Shown: positions 1 to 9,792, counted from the first letter of the stretch. The stretch is 64,000 nucleotides of DNA from Candidatus Nomurabacteria bacterium (GCA_943356415.1 CALREW010000002.1:128325-192324); one strand, 5' to 3'. Notes: generated by a model from the letters alone, not told the origin. Made by a program: numbers and translations.

Positions 1-1029
1 GTGTTCAGAGCGTTTCATTTGTGCAATGAGGTCGTCCTTGCTCATCGCCCCCACAAATTTATCCATATACATGCCGAGCATCATCGGTGATACTGGCGGC
101 CGATCGATACTCATCTGATATTTCACGTCATTGAGCTGCACCGTAACGCCCTCTGGACCGTCCCAATATTTTTTTGGATCGCTTTTATCAATATCTCGGT
201 AGTTCATTACCTGCCCATTGAGGTACAGGCGTCCGCGCGGAGTCACCCCCGATTCAGGATTGAGCCATTTCAGCTTTCCGTGCTTATTTTCATAATCCGG
301 CTCTGCAAGAAATGGGTTTTCCTTTGAAACGCCAGCGGTTGAGAGGTCAGAGAGTGCCGCAATAAGCTCTGGATTTTTGGTCTCAATAACGTACGAGTTC
401 TTTCCGCGCTGTTTTGTTGCTTCAACTTCCCCAATAAGCCAATCATGCCTGATGCGCGAAGCATCTTTGGTAAGTCTCGTATCAGTCTCAGCTGCTTGTG
501 CGCGCTTCGCATCGAGCTCCGCAGCTTTTGCCAATTTGTATTTCACCGTCCACTCTTCTCCTTCAATATCGAAACGCGTCACGTCAAAATCACGCAAAAG
601 ACGCAGCGCCGTTTGTTTGAGACCTATTCCGTTACCTCCCGCAGTATTAATATCTCCAGGCTTTTCCGAGTGTGGACTCAAAACGCCCGTATTGTCCTGA
701 AACGGCCAATTCCCCTGGATGGTAAATTGCACTGTTCCATCGCGAAGCTTTTTTGATGCGATATGTACCCCGTCGAGCGTACCAGGGCTCGTTGGATTAT
801 GGTCAACAAAATTTTGAACGAGTTCACGAGAAAGCCACGGCGACGGATACGAGTCTTTTGACTTGCCAAGAAACGTATCGGTTGCAATCGGGTGCGAGTG
901 AGATCCGTCGCGTTCAAGAAGCCATGATACTAATCCTTGCTGCGTGAGAAGAGCGGCTTGAGGAACAGCGGCGCCGTCACGTCGATTTGCTGGTGCGGAC
1001 CCTGGTGCGCGGGGACTCCAAAATGCCAT
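1..1029 (-). CDS. GHKL/HATPase_c-domain ATP-binding protein, N-terminal ~340 aa (C-terminus runs off window start)
   Basis: Continuous minus-strand open frame from ATG at 1027-1029 to position 1. It is absent from the ORF track because no stop lies in the window. N-box-like ELVQNFVDHN, G1-like FQDNTGV and G2-like GGNGIGLK occur in GHKL order and spacing. Confidence 0.5.
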   Translation of the reverse strand, partial: MAFWSPRAPGSAPANRRDGAAVPQAALLTQQGLVSWLLERDGSHSHPIATDTFLGKSKDSYPSPWLSRELVQNFVDHNPTSPGTLDGVHIASKKLRDGTVQFTIQGNWPFQDNTGVLSPHSEKPGDINTAGGNGIGLKQTALRLLRDFDVTRFDIEGEEWTVKYKLAKAAELDAKRAQAAETDTRLTKDASRIRHDWLIGEVEATKQRGKNSYVIETKNPELIAALSDLSTAGVSKENPFLAEPDYENKHGKLKWLNPESGVTPRGRLYLNGQVMNYRDIDKSDPKKYWDGPEGVTVQLNDVKYQMSIDRPPVSPMMLGMYMDKFVGAMSKDDLIAQMKRSEH

Positions 1030-1067
1030 GTGAGTTGGTACCAGAAGTGTAACAGAGAAAGCGCGCC

Positions 1068-1694
1068 CTATTCAGGATTTGCCACTCTAAACGTGACCGT
1101 CGAAACCATTTTTCTAAAATCAGCGAGACCTTGCGCGTAATGGCACATGTCGGAAGCGTCAAATTCGTAATAGATGCCTTTGTAGACGGTGATTATTTTG
1201 AGAGGAAACTTTTTTGGCACAAGTCTCCACGGAGATTGATCCTCCGGCCTGTTTCCAATTCTTTGACAATCAAACCCGGTTTCGACGGCCACAATTCCGT
1301 CAACCGTAGTGCTTGCGATGTAACCACCCGCCTCAATCTGCGCATCACGCAAGAAACCGTAGTACGTCTGTCCTTTTGGAAGGTCGTCAGGTTCTGCGGC
1401 TAGCCAGGCATCAAGGTTTTCAATGTCTGTTTTTTGCATCTGTACCGTTAGCCAGAAATCTAAGTTCGGTATTGAGAGTTGGATTCCGTCACGCGCAGCA
1501 TTGAGCGACGGCGAACCAGTGAGTCGGTACGGCGCGTTTGGGTATTGAAAGGTGACCACAAACTTCTCCGAACGATACGTACTCCAGTGCTGGGTAACCG
1601 CCCACCACAGAAATCCGACGCAAACGACGAGAATCCCTGCGCTAGTAAGGGTGAGGAGCGTTTTTGCCTTCCTTGATTTGAGGAATCGAACCAT
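1068..1694 (-). CDS. hypothetical membrane-anchored protein (single N-terminal TM), likely co-transcribed with the downstream GHKL gene
   Basis: 208-aa ORF with a hydrophobic N-terminal segment LLTLTSAGILVVCVGFLWWAV and a TAG stop at 1068. Its 3' end overlaps the GHKL ORF start by about 40 nt. Confidence 0.5.
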   Translation of the reverse strand: MVRFLKSRKAKTLLTLTSAGILVVCVGFLWWAVTQHWSTYRSEKFVVTFQYPNAPYRLTGSPSLNAARDGIQLSIPNLDFWLTVQMQKTDIENLDAWLAAEPDDLPKGQTYYGFLRDAQIEAGGYIASTTVDGIVAVETGFDCQRIGNRPEDQSPWRLVPKKFPLKIITVYKGIYYEFDASDMCHYAQGLADFRKMVSTVTFRVANPE

Positions 1695-1735
1695 ACCAAA
1701 ACTATACCTCTCTAAAGGGAATTCCAGCCTTCTCC

Positions 1736-2284
1736 TTAGTTAAGGGTATATTCCCAGCCTGGCTTCCAGGCTTTTGTTTTTCGCCAGTCTTCAGCAAGTG
1801 CTTCCTTCCAGGTTTTTCCTTTGATCAAAACATCCAGCGATAACTGAGGCGCTTTGTGCCCGACAATGGCAACATGCTTTCCGTCGTAATTCTTTTTCAA
1901 AAATTCAAGAAAATCGGAAACGCGATTCTTTACGTCTTCATAACTTTCTCCATCTGGAAATGGCTTTTCAATACATTCCTCTTCTTGCATTGGCTCAACA
2001 GTGTCCGAAGAAGCTCCGTTGAGGCTCCCATAGCTGCATTCGCGAAGTCGTGCGTCAGGAATGATCGGGTACATTCCATCCCACGCAAGCTTTGCGGAGT
2101 CGTGTGCACGTTTAAGATCTGAACAAAATACGACATCGAACTTTTGATCCTTGGTCTGTTCTTTCAACGCAACCGACTGTGATACGCCAAGTTCAGAGAG
2201 CTCCACATCCTTCCAGCCAGAGGAGATGTGCTGCTCGTTATCGGTGGTTGTTCCGTGCACAAAGTACGTTATTTGTAGGCTCAT
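1736..2284 (-). CDS. histidine phosphatase family protein (phosphoglycerate mutase-like)
   Basis: N-terminal FVHGTT resembles the RHG motif, SDLKRAHDSA resembles SPLxRAxxTA, and the second His is in VGHKAPQLSL. Confidence 0.65.
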   Translation of the reverse strand: MSLQITYFVHGTTTDNEQHISSGWKDVELSELGVSQSVALKEQTKDQKFDVVFCSDLKRAHDSAKLAWDGMYPIIPDARLRECSYGSLNGASSDTVEPMQEEECIEKPFPDGESYEDVKNRVSDFLEFLKKNYDGKHVAIVGHKAPQLSLDVLIKGKTWKEALAEDWRKTKAWKPGWEYTLN

Positions 2285-2309
2285 GTTGTTTACTCTTTTA
2301 CTTATTTTG

Positions 2310-2394
2310 CGGAGACGCAGGGATTCGAACCCTGGAGGGAGTAACCCCTACCTCGTTAGCAGTGAGGCGCTTTCGACCACTCAGCCACGTCTCC
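2310..2394 (-). tRNA. tRNA-Ser (anticodon GCU), type II with long variable arm
   Basis: Acceptor ggagacg/cgtctcc and T-arm caggg-ttcgaat-ccctg are present. Anticodon loop is ct-GCT-aa with an A-C mismatch at the loop-closing pair. Long variable stem agggg/tccct. CCA is not encoded. Confidence 0.8.
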
Positions 2395-2500
2395 AAATAT
2401 AAGGAGAATTGTCTCCAAATATGCGTGCACCATACCATATCAGACCTATCCCTTCACCCACGTATTGCTATACTTCTTCCATTAGTAACCCAACCTCTCT

Positions 2501-3412
2501 ATGAACTTTTTTTCCACTATCAAAGCGACGTTCTGGAATCCTTCCTTTTATAGGACTGCAGCCGAGGAACACTCGCACCCATTTGGGTATTACTTCAAAA
2601 TGGCTCTCCTTCTTTCAATCATTATGACGGTTGGGTTCTGCCTTTTCGCAGGTCCGAACATCAACGCAACGCTAAGTTCGCTTCCGGATGCCGTTGTTGC
2701 CTACTATCCGGACGACCTTGAAGTGACGCTAAGCGATGGGGCGGTCACCGTAAACCAGCCACAGCCATACATGCTTCCCTTCCCAACGCAGTGGCAAGGT
2801 GACAAAGCAGAGAAGAACCCAACAAACCTTGTTGTTTTCGATACGGAAAAAACATTTTCCGTTGAAAGTTTCAAAGGGTACGACACGGCGGCTCTTGTGA
2901 CGCACGACGCCCTAGTTATAAAAAGTGACAGCGACATCCGTGTCGTACCCATGAGCGACTTCTCATGCAAAGGAGAAAACAACACCCCTTGCAACTACAC
3001 GCTCACCAATGACAAGCTCGCTGCATTCTTAGAACACGTGAAGCCTCTTACCGTGTACGTACTGCCCACGCTTGCTGTCGGCGCTCTGTTGGTGCTTATC
3101 GTCATCTATGCATTGGGACTACTCGCACTTCTCATTACTGCAGCCATTGGAATGCTCGCAATAAAACTTTTTGCGAAAGTTCCTACGCGTCTTGGCTTTG
3201 GAACAACATACCGAATGTGCGTGTACGCCGTGACACCAGCACTCGTGATTGAAGCAATCTTGAGCGTCGTCCGTACCGCGTCCGGCGCATCGGTCCCCTA
3301 CCTACACGGCTTTACCTTCGAACTTATTCTGACGATTCTTGTTATTGTGCTCAATCTTCGCGCTGCCTATCGAAACACCAATGAAACCTCGACAACCTCG
3401 CCACAACAGTAA
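2501..3412 (+). CDS. hypothetical polytopic membrane protein
   Basis: 303-aa ORF with several hydrophobic helices at both termini. No recognisable catalytic motif. Confidence 0.45.
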   Translation: MNFFSTIKATFWNPSFYRTAAEEHSHPFGYYFKMALLLSIIMTVGFCLFAGPNINATLSSLPDAVVAYYPDDLEVTLSDGAVTVNQPQPYMLPFPTQWQGDKAEKNPTNLVVFDTEKTFSVESFKGYDTAALVTHDALVIKSDSDIRVVPMSDFSCKGENNTPCNYTLTNDKLAAFLEHVKPLTVYVLPTLAVGALLVLIVIYALGLLALLITAAIGMLAIKLFAKVPTRLGFGTTYRMCVYAVTPALVIEAILSVVRTASGASVPYLHGFTFELILTILVIVLNLRAAYRNTNETSTTSPQQ

Positions 3413-4199
3413 TTCTGCGGACACAAAGAACGACACTTCGTGGGAGAAGGTAGCTACGTGGTACGACGAACATCTCGAAGAAGATGCCGACACGTATCAA
3501 GCAAAGGTTATACTCCCCAACCTCACGCGCATTCTTGCACTTACCGGCACCGAGCGCGTGCTTGATCTCGGCTGCGGCCAAGGATTCTTTGCCCGACAAT
3601 TCGCAATCGGAGCGAGAAATCTTATTGGAGCCGACCTGTCGAGCTCGCTTATCACGTACGCAAAGGAGCGCTCCGGAGGTACGCGCATCACCTACTACGT
3701 AGCCGACGCACAAAAATTATCCTTCGCACGCGATGCATCGTTCGACATTGTCTACTGCGTGCTTGCACTTCAAAACATGGAGAGGCTTCCTGAAGTAGTA
3801 GCTGAAGCGAAGCGCGTACTTACTCAAAATGGTCGTTTTATCTTTGTACTCAACCATCCGGCATTCCGCATACCGAAACGCTCCATGTGGGGCTGGGACG
3901 AGGGGTCAAAAACACAGTTCAGACGCCTGGATAGCTACCTTTCTAGCTCTCAAGAGAAAATCGACATGTCGCCAGGAGCCACAAAGGCTACCTATACCGT
4001 CTCATTCCACCGCTCGATGCAGGACTATACGAAAGCACTGCGTGCGGCGGGGTTTGCGGTAGTTCGCCTTGAAGAGTGGATATCGCACAAAAAGAGCCAG
4101 GCAGGGCCTCGCATGAAAGCCGAGGACCGGGCGCGTAAAGAGTTTCCGCTCTTCCTTTGTATAGAAGCAGTGGCGCTTGGTGGTAAAATGAGTGTCTAA
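3381..4199 (+). CDS. class I SAM-dependent methyltransferase
   Basis: Motif I VLDLGCGQGFF, acidic post-I residue in IGADLS, and VLALQNM / NGRFIFV motifs. Start moved to the internal ATG at 3381 to avoid a 32-nt overlap with the upstream gene. Confidence 0.75.
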   Translation: MKPRQPRHNSNSADTKNDTSWEKVATWYDEHLEEDADTYQAKVILPNLTRILALTGTERVLDLGCGQGFFARQFAIGARNLIGADLSSSLITYAKERSGGTRITYYVADAQKLSFARDASFDIVYCVLALQNMERLPEVVAEAKRVLTQNGRFIFVLNHPAFRIPKRSMWGWDEGSKTQFRRLDSYLSSSQEKIDMSPGATKATYTVSFHRSMQDYTKALRAAGFAVVRLEEWISHKKSQAGPRMKAEDRARKEFPLFLCIEAVALGGKMSV

Positions 4200-4215
4200 C
4201 CGGTAAAAGGGACGT

Positions 4216-4722
4216 ATGAATAAAAATCTATTTCTTATCGGTCTTGGGGTCGTCATACTCGTTGCAGCTGGAATTCTGTTCTTTAAAGAAAAGCCGCAAC
4301 CGGTTACTACGACAGAAAATCCTGCAACACAGTCGCCTCAATCGGCAACTGAGGTAGCGTCTACGTCTACAAAGGATACGGGTGTGGGTGCAAGCGTTAA
4401 CGTACATGTCGGCACCTCCCCCGTTGTCATCTCCTTCACCGACAACGGATATTCACCAACAAGCGTCACGATTAAAAAAGGTCAGACGGTGCGCTTCGTA
4501 AATAACGCAACTGTGGAGACGTGGCCGGCATCTGCCAACCACCCATCACACACGGTCTATCCTGAGAAAACTGCCGGCGATTGTCTCGGCTCTGCCTTTG
4601 ATGCCTGCCGAGGACTGAAGTCGGGCGAGTCGTGGGACTTTACGTTCAACAGCATTGGTTCCTGGGGCTTCCATGACCACTTGCACGCAAACAAGCGCGG
4701 TACGGTTGTTGTGACTCAGTAA
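4216..4722 (+). CDS. membrane-anchored cupredoxin-like domain protein
   Basis: N-terminal TM, a Thr/Ser-rich linker, then a beta-rich domain with His/Cys candidates (NHPSH, GDCLG, FHDHLH) resembling the plastocyanin/cupredoxin fold. Confidence 0.45.
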   Translation: MNKNLFLIGLGVVILVAAGILFFKEKPQPVTTTENPATQSPQSATEVASTSTKDTGVGASVNVHVGTSPVVISFTDNGYSPTSVTIKKGQTVRFVNNATVETWPASANHPSHTVYPEKTAGDCLGSAFDACRGLKSGESWDFTFNSIGSWGFHDHLHANKRGTVVVTQ

Positions 4723-4727
4723 GAAAG

Positions 4728-5087
4728 ATGCCGAAAGCTGTAGAACACATTCTTCGAGCAGGGCTTGCGTTCGCCTTTATCTACCCAGCGGTAGCTGGGT
4801 ACTTAAATCCATTCTCGTGGATTGGTTACTTTCCTGAGTTTCTAAGAGACTCAGTGGGAAACGACACGCTGTTATTAAATGGATTTGGTTCTCTTGAGAT
4901 CGCAATTGCACTATGGACACTGTCCGGTTGGCGCATCTTTGTTCCTTCAATCCTTGCCGCAGTAATACTCGTTGGTATCATTCTCTTCAATGCAGCACAG
5001 ATGGATGTCATCTTCCGCGACGTATCCATTCTTGCTATAGCACTCGCTCTTGCACTTACCTCAAGAAAAGACCAGGCTCCTGCTTAG
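4728..5087 (+). CDS. small integral membrane protein (DoxX-like?)
   Basis: 119 aa with 3-4 hydrophobic helices. Translationally coupled 6 nt after the previous gene. Confidence 0.4.
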   Translation: MPKAVEHILRAGLAFAFIYPAVAGYLNPFSWIGYFPEFLRDSVGNDTLLLNGFGSLEIAIALWTLSGWRIFVPSILAAVILVGIILFNAAQMDVIFRDVSILAIALALALTSRKDQAPA

Positions 5088-6241
5088 CGAATTGCTTTAG
5101 CAACAGAAGGTACCACGCGCTTGTCGAATGTGCCTGGCACTATCATTGCGGCGGTTGGTTTCTTTACAAGTGCAGCAAGTGCTTTTGCTGCTTTGAGCTT
5201 CATGGCATCCGTAATTTTAGTTACCTTATTGTCGATAGCTCCACGAAACACGCCAGGGAACGCGAGCGAGTTGTTAATCTGGTTTGGGTAGTCGGAACGC
5301 CCTGTTGCAATAACCGCTGCACCACCGAGCACTGCTTCCTCAGGCAATATCTCAGGTACCGGATTTGCGAGGCCAAAGACAATCGGCTTCTTTGCCATGA
5401 GTTTGATATGCGAAGCGTTCATAAGACCCGGGCCCGATACACCGATAACCGCATCAGCTCCTTCGAGGGCCTCGGACAGACCCCCTGCAATCTGCCGCTT
5501 GTTTGTAAACGCCGCGAGCTCTTTCTTGTGTGGAGTGAGGTCTTTACGACCGCGGAGAATAATCCCCTTGCTATCAAGCATGACGATGTCTCCGACACCG
5601 AGAAGTTTTAAGAGATTCGCAACCGCCGTACCCGCAGCGCCAGCACCCGAGACCACCACTTTCATTTTCTTGAGATCTTTTTTCACGACTTTTGCTGCAT
5701 TGATAAGACCTGCAACCACCACAATAGCGGTGCCGTGCTGGTCATCATGCATTACCGGAATATCGAGTGCCGCTTTGACGCGCGCTTCAATATCAAAACA
5801 TTTCGGCGCCGCAATATCTTCAAGATTGATACCGCCGAACATTGGTGCAATACGAATGACGGTCTCAACTATTTCATCAGCGTCCTGCGTATCAAGCACA
5901 ATAGGAAATGCTTCAAGATCGGCAAGCGACTTAAAGAGCACCGCCTTCCCTTCCATGACTGGAATCGCGCCGTACGGCCCGATATTACCGAGCCCAAGAA
6001 CTGCCGAACCGTCAGAGACGATAGCGATGGTGCGTCCTTTCATCGTGTACTCACGCGCCTTTCCCGGATTCTTAGCGAGGTAGGAGGAGACCGCTCCGAC
6101 TCCCGGGGTGTAGACGGTGGAGAGATCTTCGCGGTTGTGAACGGGTTGAGCAGGAGTCGTGCGAATCTTACCGCCTAGTTTCTTGTGAAGTGCGAGCGCA
6201 AGCTTCGCATAGTCTTTTTTCTGTGTAGATTTCTTTTTCAT
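5084..6241 (-). CDS. NAD(P)-dependent malic enzyme (short type)
   Basis: 385 aa with YTPGV, two Rossmann dinucleotide-binding motifs GLGNIGP and VVSGAGAAG, and FPGVFRGA characteristic of malic enzymes. Confidence 0.85.
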   Translation of the reverse strand: MKKKSTQKKDYAKLALALHKKLGGKIRTTPAQPVHNREDLSTVYTPGVGAVSSYLAKNPGKAREYTMKGRTIAIVSDGSAVLGLGNIGPYGAIPVMEGKAVLFKSLADLEAFPIVLDTQDADEIVETVIRIAPMFGGINLEDIAAPKCFDIEARVKAALDIPVMHDDQHGTAIVVVAGLINAAKVVKKDLKKMKVVVSGAGAAGTAVANLLKLLGVGDIVMLDSKGIILRGRKDLTPHKKELAAFTNKRQIAGGLSEALEGADAVIGVSGPGLMNASHIKLMAKKPIVFGLANPVPEILPEEAVLGGAAVIATGRSDYPNQINNSLAFPGVFRGAIDNKVTKITDAMKLKAAKALAALVKKPTAAMIVPGTFDKRVVPSVAKAIR

Positions 6242-6264
6242 CCAGCAATACTAGCAGAAAGATA

Positions 6265-7356
6265 CTATTCCCCCATTTTAGGCAGATCAGGTGGCAAGTT
6301 GTCGTATATAAGTGACCCGCGCCAGTAGCACTCGATGCGCGTTCCTGAGCCAGGATTATTCGAATATTGAACAACTGCGATTCTTGAAGCAATGATCCCG
6401 AATGCCTGGGCTTGGCATGTTGTATTAGCTTCCGCCTGAGTAAGATTGGGCACCGTAATGTGGGGCGCTTTATTGAAATACAAGACATACGTGCCTAGAG
6501 GTTCTGTTGGAATAGGCACAACGGGGGTCGGAGGTGGTTGAGGAGATGGTATTGGGGTGGAAGGAGTGGGCGGCGGCGAATTGTAGGTTGGAGCTGGTGA
6601 AGATTGGCTCGGGTAAACGTACGTAGGTGAACAAAACGGATAGGTACCTGCAGTGCCAGCGGGACACTGCGTTGAAGCAGCGAACGTGGGGACCGCTTGC
6701 CAACATGTTGACCTGCCTCCCGGACCTTCTACTCCGAGTACGACGTACGGGTAACCTTCGATGTTTGCCGCGATTGTCGTGCTGCCTTGCAGTGCAATTT
6801 CTTCACCATTCATAACGAAATTATTTTTAGTGGGCGTCAGTTGCCACGCAGCGCGCGTCGCATACTTCGTGGTCCACGAAAGTGTCGCAGTATCCTTGAG
6901 AAGATAGCTCAGCTTGTCTGTCGAGATTATGCAAGAAGGCGCTTGAGCAGGAGTGCTCGTTGCAGACGTTTCACTCTTTACTGCAGTGTTTACTACAGAA
7001 TTAGTTGCGGAAACCGAGGCACAATACTCAACCATCTTTGCTCTCGTAAGCGGCCCAACCGTACCGACAACAGGGAGCCCTCTCTCTTGTTGAAAACGCG
7101 ACACGTACTGTTGCGTTAGCGGCCCAAAAAAACCAGTTACCAGTGTATCCATCTTTTGGGCGTATAGCGCTGCAAGGAATGTTTGCAATTCACGCACCTG
7201 TCCCTCGGAGGAAACGTCTTTCATACCTCGTGAAAGATTCTTACTAAACTTTGGACAGGCGGAGACAGCCTGCACATTCGTCAAAGGGAACAAAAAGCCA
7301 ACTGCTATTGCCACTACAATAAAATGTGTGGATGTGACTTTGATGGCCCGCACCAT
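6265..7356 (-). CDS. secreted peptidoglycan-binding (PG_binding_1) domain protein with Pro/Thr-rich linker
   Basis: PG_binding_1 signature QVRELQTFLAALY...GFFGPLTQQYVSRFQQERGLPVVGTVGPLT and a PTPSTPIPSPQPPPTP linker. Start set at the internal ATG at 7354-7356, because the longer ORF would overlap the divergent recG. Confidence 0.6.
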   Translation of the reverse strand: MVRAIKVTSTHFIVVAIAVGFLFPLTNVQAVSACPKFSKNLSRGMKDVSSEGQVRELQTFLAALYAQKMDTLVTGFFGPLTQQYVSRFQQERGLPVVGTVGPLTRAKMVEYCASVSATNSVVNTAVKSETSATSTPAQAPSCIISTDKLSYLLKDTATLSWTTKYATRAAWQLTPTKNNFVMNGEEIALQGSTTIAANIEGYPYVVLGVEGPGGRSTCWQAVPTFAASTQCPAGTAGTYPFCSPTYVYPSQSSPAPTYNSPPPTPSTPIPSPQPPPTPVVPIPTEPLGTYVLYFNKAPHITVPNLTQAEANTTCQAQAFGIIASRIAVVQYSNNPGSGTRIECYWRGSLIYDNLPPDLPKMGE

Positions 7357-7439
7357 ACAAATAGGTGCCCCCAGTATACCAGCCGACCTAGAAGCAAATA
7401 TGGGCGTGGTGATAAAAAGAGAAGCGCCTGTGCTGTGAA

Positions 7440-9638
7440 GTGCCATCTCGCTATACTGTGCCAATGCAGCTCACGGACCCCATCACCGACCATTATCGTC
7501 TGACTGCTCCGCATAAAGCAGCGCTCAAGCGTCTCGGGCTTGCGACCGTGCGCGATCTCCTTTTACATCTCCCCTTTCGCTACGAACACGCAGGCGAAAC
7601 CGCGACCATTGGGGGACTCCAACCTGGCATGCAGGTATCGCTTGTGGGTGTCATAAGCAAGCTCGCAGCAAAACGTGCCTGGAAGAGTAAGCGCCCAATC
7701 GCCGAAGGGAGACTCACTGATCAGTCCGGCACGCTCAAGGTTATGTGGTTTAACCAACCGTATCTGGCCAAAATGGTCGTCGAAGGCTCAACCGTTCGTG
7801 CCACGGGACGCGTCTCTGGCACTCCCGGCAAGCTATACCTCGCAAACCCGGCAATAGAACCTGCGGGTGACTTAGAGAGTGGAGCGCTTTTTGAAAAACT
7901 CGAGCAGGTCGAAAAGAAAAAGGAGGAGTCATCGCCAACACAGCTGTATGCCATGTACCCAGAAACACAAGGCATTACTTCGCTTTGGTTTCGCCACAAC
8001 ATTGAAAAAGCGCTAAAAAGCGACGCGCTCGACGAATTAACTGATGCAATACCCGAAGATGTACTTGAGAAGTACCATCTTCCAAAACTTCGCACTGCCC
8101 TTATTTGGGCGCACACACCCAAAGACTTAAAAAATGCAGAGGCCGCTCGAAAGCGTTTTGCATTCGAGGAAGTGTTTTACATTCAGATAGAACGGCAGCG
8201 TCTACGCGCAGAGGAAGCCCGCGAAAAAAGTTTTACGGTAGACGCACCCAAAGAAGCGGTTTCGTCTTTTATGGAAACCTTCCCATTTACTGCAACAAAA
8301 GCACAAGTGCGCGCCGTTGAAGCAATACTCTCCGACATGAAGCGCGGACATCCCATGTCACGGCTTCTTGAAGGAGACGTGGGTTCGGGCAAAACGGCAG
8401 TTGCAGCAACCGCTGCATATTCAGTTGTACGCACCAGGCCCACAGGCCAAAATTTCGGCACACTCCAAGTCGCTTATATGGCGCCTACTGAAATACTCGC
8501 CAAGCAACACTTTGAATCCTTTATAAAGATATTTGAAGCGCATCCAGTCCCTATCGCACTTATGACTGGTTCGGGATGCTACAAATTTCCATCGAAAGTG
8601 CGGGCAGGCAGTGCAACTCCCATATCACGCGCGCAACTTTTAAAGTGGGTAGGAAACGGTGAGATACCGATCGTCATCGGCACGCACGCGCTTATCGAAA
8701 AGTCGGTTCGCTTCAAACACCTGGCTCTTGTCATCATCGATGAGCAGCATCGTTTTGGCACTGCGCAGCGCCGCAAGCTCGCGCGCAAAGACGTCGCACT
8801 CCCCCATTTGCTTTCTATGACTGCAACGCCCATACCGCGAACACTCGCTCTTACTATTTACGGCGATCTCGATCTCACGCTGCTTGATGAAATGCCAGCA
8901 GGACGAAAACCGATTATTACTGAAATTCTTGGCCCGCAAGATCGCGCGAAAGCCTACGACCGTATGCGCGCTGAGATGGCTGAAGGAAGACAGTGCTACG
9001 TTATCTGCCCACGCATCGACGAACCCGATCCAGAAAAAGCACTCGCCCTTATTGCAAAGTCAGTAAAAGAAGAAGCCAAGCGGCTAAAAAAGGAAGTTTT
9101 CCAAGACTGCGAGATAGACATCCTCCACAGCAAGATGAAGCCTGCGGAAAAGGATGAGGTGATGCGTGCATTTTCGGCGCATGAGACAGACATCTTGGTA
9201 GCAACGTCCGTGGTTGAAGTCGGTGTTAATGTTCCAAACGCAACGGTAATCCTGATCGAAGGGGCTGAACGCTTCGGTCTCTCTCAACTCCACCAGTTAC
9301 GCGGTCGTGTTGTCCGTTCAAACCATCAGGCATATTGCTTTGCACTTGCTGAAAGCAAAGGTGAAACGACACGCAAACGCCTTTCGTCGCTTAAGAATGC
9401 AAAGAACGGTTTCGAACTTGCCGAGGCCGACTTGATGCAACGCGGCCCCGGAGAACTCTCCGGCCGAAAACAATGGGGTATCTCCGACATTGGCATGGAG
9501 GCACTCAAAAATTTAAAACTCGTTGAAGCGGCACGCGATGAAGCAATTGCTCTTGTAAAAAGCGACGAGACCCTGAAGAACCATCCCCTGCTTCGCGAGC
9601 AAGTGGCACACCGCAGCAAGACGCTTCATTTTGAATAG
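7440..9638 (+). CDS. recG: ATP-dependent DNA helicase RecG
   Basis: 732 aa with an N-terminal wedge/OB region, Walker A GDVGSGKT, a DEQHRFG box and a helicase C-terminal domain with QLHQLRGRVVR. Confidence 0.9.
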   Translation: MPSRYTVPMQLTDPITDHYRLTAPHKAALKRLGLATVRDLLLHLPFRYEHAGETATIGGLQPGMQVSLVGVISKLAAKRAWKSKRPIAEGRLTDQSGTLKVMWFNQPYLAKMVVEGSTVRATGRVSGTPGKLYLANPAIEPAGDLESGALFEKLEQVEKKKEESSPTQLYAMYPETQGITSLWFRHNIEKALKSDALDELTDAIPEDVLEKYHLPKLRTALIWAHTPKDLKNAEAARKRFAFEEVFYIQIERQRLRAEEAREKSFTVDAPKEAVSSFMETFPFTATKAQVRAVEAILSDMKRGHPMSRLLEGDVGSGKTAVAATAAYSVVRTRPTGQNFGTLQVAYMAPTEILAKQHFESFIKIFEAHPVPIALMTGSGCYKFPSKVRAGSATPISRAQLLKWVGNGEIPIVIGTHALIEKSVRFKHLALVIIDEQHRFGTAQRRKLARKDVALPHLLSMTATPIPRTLALTIYGDLDLTLLDEMPAGRKPIITEILGPQDRAKAYDRMRAEMAEGRQCYVICPRIDEPDPEKALALIAKSVKEEAKRLKKEVFQDCEIDILHSKMKPAEKDEVMRAFSAHETDILVATSVVEVGVNVPNATVILIEGAERFGLSQLHQLRGRVVRSNHQAYCFALAESKGETTRKRLSSLKNAKNGFELAEADLMQRGPGELSGRKQWGISDIGMEALKNLKLVEAARDEAIALVKSDETLKNHPLLREQVAHRSKTLHFE

Positions 9639-9719
9639 CCCTCGGGGTATAGTCTCCCCAACGGGTGCTTAAATTTGGTTAGAGCCGAGCTTATCATCCG
9701 AGTGTAAGGAGAAACAAAA

Positions 9720-9792
9720 GGGCGTGTAGCTCAATGGTTAGAGCACCGAGCTTATACCTCGGCGGCTCCTGGTTCGAGTCCAGGCACGCCCA
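9720..9792 (+). tRNA. tRNA-Ile with anticodon UAU (rare in bacteria)
   Basis: 73-nt cloverleaf: acceptor gggcgtg/cacgccc, D-arm gctc-aatggtta-gagc, anticodon stem ccgag/ctcgg with loop c-t-TAT-a-c, T-arm cctgg-ttcgagt-ccagg, discriminator A. No CCA encoded. Confidence 0.7.

Noticed and set aside
5397-6083. 228-aa plus-strand ORF antisense to the malic enzyme gene
   Set aside because: It lies entirely inside a confidently assigned gene on the opposite strand. It is Ala/Ser/Arg-rich and low-complexity, which is typical of an antisense frame.
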